The notes under the pieces: generated by a model | What the model was told of the DNA's origin: nothing | Databases searched by the model: none | The model's input: the letters and a program-made list of their open reading frames with translations, nothing else | Translations under genes and position numbers: made by a program | Origin: Octopus bimaculoides | Taxonomy: Eukaryota | DNA length: 36,713 nucleotides | Direction of reading: 5' to 3' | Assembly: GCF_001194135.2 (NCBI RefSeq) | Contig: NC_068992.1 | Coordinates: 35,819,210 to 35,855,922 of the forward strand | Shown here: positions 33,860-36,713 of the stretch, piece after piece | Position numbering within the stretch: position 1 is the first letter of the stretch | Layout: every line of letters begins with the position of its first letter

Positions 33860-36300
33860 CTTGCTGCATACAACTGTACGAAAAACGGGAACAGTTCTTC
33901 CAAGAAAAAAGAGAAATTAAAATAAAAACGAAAAGATTATACAGAAAGTTAAACATAGTGGTAGCATTTAACTTATTAATAAGCAAACCAGAATCAACAC
34001 CAAAAACTGGTTGCTGGAAGGCCAAACCACCCTAATTCCCAAAAACAAAGACACCGTACTCCCACAAAATTATAGGCCAATAACATGCCTATCAATAATT
34101 TACAAAACCTTCACATCAGTCATCAATAACCGGCTTATAATACACCTAGAAAACAACAATATTTTACCAGAAGCATAAAAGGGGTGCCGGAGACGGATGC
34201 ATGGTTGTAAGGAGCAACTTCGGGTAAACCGATCCATTATGGATGACTGTAAGAGGTAAAAGACAAACCTTAACATGACTTGGATTGTCTACCAGAAATT
34301 TCTCTACACAAATAAAGTAGCTCCAACAATACTAAAATATATCAAACACGCAATGGCAAACTGGAAAACCAATATAACACTGGGAAATAAATCACAAGTC
34401 ATTAAAAACTACCCTACACCCATAGGAAGAAGGATTTTCCGAGGAGACACGCTGTCACCCCTAGTTTTCTGCTTTGCTCTGACCCCGCTAACAAACTTGT
34501 TAAATGAAACCAACATGGGTTATAGATGCTATGGACAAACAATAAAGTATCCACTGTATATGGATGATTTTAAAATTTCCTCTAAAAATACCACAAAATA
34601 GAAAATCTAAAAATTGCCCATAGTTTCAGCAAGGACATCGAGATGAGCATGGGACTGGACAAATATGCCAAAGTGACACTGAGAAGAGGCAAATTAATCA
34701 ACACTGAAAATACTGCACTCGACATAGACACGGAAATCGGAGAATTAGACCACAATCGGCCATACAAATATCTAATAATAAACAAAGCCGCTAAAATACA
34801 ACACACAAGAATAAGAGAGAAAATTAAGAGAGAGTATTACAGAAAAGTTAGACTAATATTAAACACTTAACTCAATGCTAAAAATAAGATAATAGGAATA
34901 AACACACTAGCCATTCCAATCATAAATTACAGCCTCGAAATGTTAAACAGGAAGATCAATGAATTGAGAAACTTAGATAGAAAAACCAGAAAACCTAACA
35001 GCACACTGAAGTCACCAAAGCAGACGCAGAGAGAATATATCCACCTCGCTCAGAAGGAAGCTGTGGCCTAGCACAGATAGAGGTCGTAACCTGACACAAA
35101 TAAAATAGCAACAGTTGACTAGAAAAGTACTTAGAAACAAATAGTGGAAGACAACTACGTGTAATAAAGCAAACCGAGAAAACGCTTTTCTCTATACACA
35201 AGCAGGTGACAAAATACAAAACAGAAACAAGCTACACTGATACACTGATCTCAGATGGCAACATAGTAGAAATGGCCAAAGAAACAAAAAAAAACAACTT
35301 GAAAACAGAACTACAAAACAGACTAAAGGAGAAATGGAGAAAAAATCACTTCATGGCCAATACCCTGCAAGGCTTGACAGTGAAGTGAGCCAAAGTAAAA
35401 ACTAACAATGGCTCAAAGGCACTGCACTAAAAGCTGGATCGAAAGGACTGATTCTCGCTGCACAAGACCAATGCCTGACTACAAACAACTATAAAAGCAA
35501 AATAATGAAAGCATGCTCTAACACCAGATGAAGAATATGCAACCAGCACAATTAGACATTTGACCATATCATTTCTGGCTGTTCAGTTTTTGCCAAATTT
35601 GAATATATATACAGACATGACCGAGTAAGTAGTTATATCCACTGAACAATATACCAAAACTACAATATAAAAATTGATAATAAATGATATAAACATGTGC
35701 CAAACAAGTACATGACAAAGACAAGGCGGCAATGATCTGGCCAACTGACATAAATAAAAGCTAGTCGCCCAAACTGACAAAGAAATAAAAGCCAGTTGAC
35801 CAGACAGAATAATTAAGAACTGGAAAAAAAAAAAGACACTTGCTTCCTGGTAGGCATTGCAATCCCTTCTCACAAAAATATTGCCCCAAAAGATGTGGTG
35901 AAATTGTCAAAGTACAAAAACATTGAAATTGAAGTATTCATGTTGTGGAGCACTAGGCATAACAAAAAAAAAATGAACAAAAACGTAGAAGTTATAACTG
36001 GACCTTCAACACTACACACTATCCAAAAAACAACCCTGATAGGAACAGCTCACACTATCGATTCAATAAAACAACCAAAACGAAACAATCCACAAACACA
36101 AAGCATACTCTATATAATAAATATCCATAAAATAAACACCAGACCCCCATAACAAAAGAAACTAACGCAATATGATACCGGAAAAAGTTTGCACTTCACC
36201 AACAAAAAAAAAGAAGCACACAACGCTGGACACACCTCAGTAACACGGAAATGTAACAGGTGAAGCAGTAGACATTTGCCAGAAACTACCAAATGCTGAA
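33860..36300 (+). mobile_element. RLE-type LINE (R4/Dong-like): RT through RLE plus 3' UTR; degenerate
   Basis: WLLEGQTTLIPKNKDT, IFRGDTLSPLVFCFALTPL, LYMDDFK, GLILAAQDQCL, HIISGCS, KLSKYKNIEIE; AAT/ATT arrays at 33820-33858 and 36302-36345. Confidence 0.9.
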
Positions 36301-36305
36301 CAATG

Positions 36306-36345
<40 letters not shown>

Positions 36346-36401
36346 CACCAGGGAAGTTTAAGAGACACCGGGGAAGTTTAAGAGTCACCGGGGAAGTTTA
36401 A
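36346..36401. repeat. 20-bp tandem repeat, 2.8 copies (CACCRGGGAAGTTTAAGAGW)
   Basis: Read directly. Confidence 0.9.
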
Positions 36402-36472
36402 CATGTGAGTACGATAAATCACTGCTCCGAAACTTATCCAAAAACATCGGAAATAAAGACATCGCATGGAGC

Positions 36473-36713
36473 CAAAAAATAGCTGACAAAGGGTTGGATT
36501 ATACCCGAGTAAGTAATACTCATTGAAATTTATTTCTATTTTTCCAAATATAATGATGTATTTTAACTTGATACCTCCACTACCCGAACAGCGATCGTAA
36601 ACACACGTGTTACATCAAAATTCAGACCAACTCCAAACCCAAACACCATGTGCAAAAAATAGCTGACAAAGGGTTGGACTATATCCGAGTAAGTAATACT
36701 CATTGAAATTTAT
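36473..36713 (+). repeat. 180-bp-period direct repeat (61 bp visible twice, truncated by the window end)
   Basis: 36473-36533 and 36653-36713 differ at 2 positions. Confidence 0.9.

Noticed and set aside
36346-36401. CRISPR-like reading of the 20-bp repeats
   Set aside because: No spacers (contiguous tandem), eukaryotic context, no cas genes.
36483-36525. Canonical hammerhead call in the terminal repeat
   Set aside because: G8 and GAAA core positions differ in both copies and stem I does not pair.

Overview
AT-rich eukaryotic (animal) scaffold with five N-gaps, made up mostly of decayed transposons and microsatellites. The repeat families look like those of coleoid cephalopods, probably Octopus; this is recognition from memory, not a search result. 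Contents: a full-length but dead mariner with TIRs and TA duplication, a mariner inverted dimer, five or six fragments of RLE-type (R4/Dong-like) LINEs, one RTE LINE, an ORF1-only Tx1-like element between direct repeats, two Penelope-like (GIY-YIG) remnants and many tRNA-derived SINEs. A few candidate host exons lie on the + strand: a signal-peptide exon at 3812-3919, an ATG exon at 15786-15900, and an exon at 30252-30324 with a DEG/ENaC-like HG motif. The main signal outside the ORF track is RNA structure. Three sequence-unrelated hammerhead ribozyme motifs lie within about 7 kb (5056-5104 +, 7115-7153 -, 12213-12258 -). The first is essentially complete and sits in a 329-bp-period partial tandem repeat, the layout of a non-LTR retrozyme, in sense orientation just inside a putative first intron. 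No prokaryotic features, CRISPR, rRNA or true tRNA genes were seen. Most ORFs in the track are microsatellite or transposon read-throughs. Coordinates and identities were read by hand.
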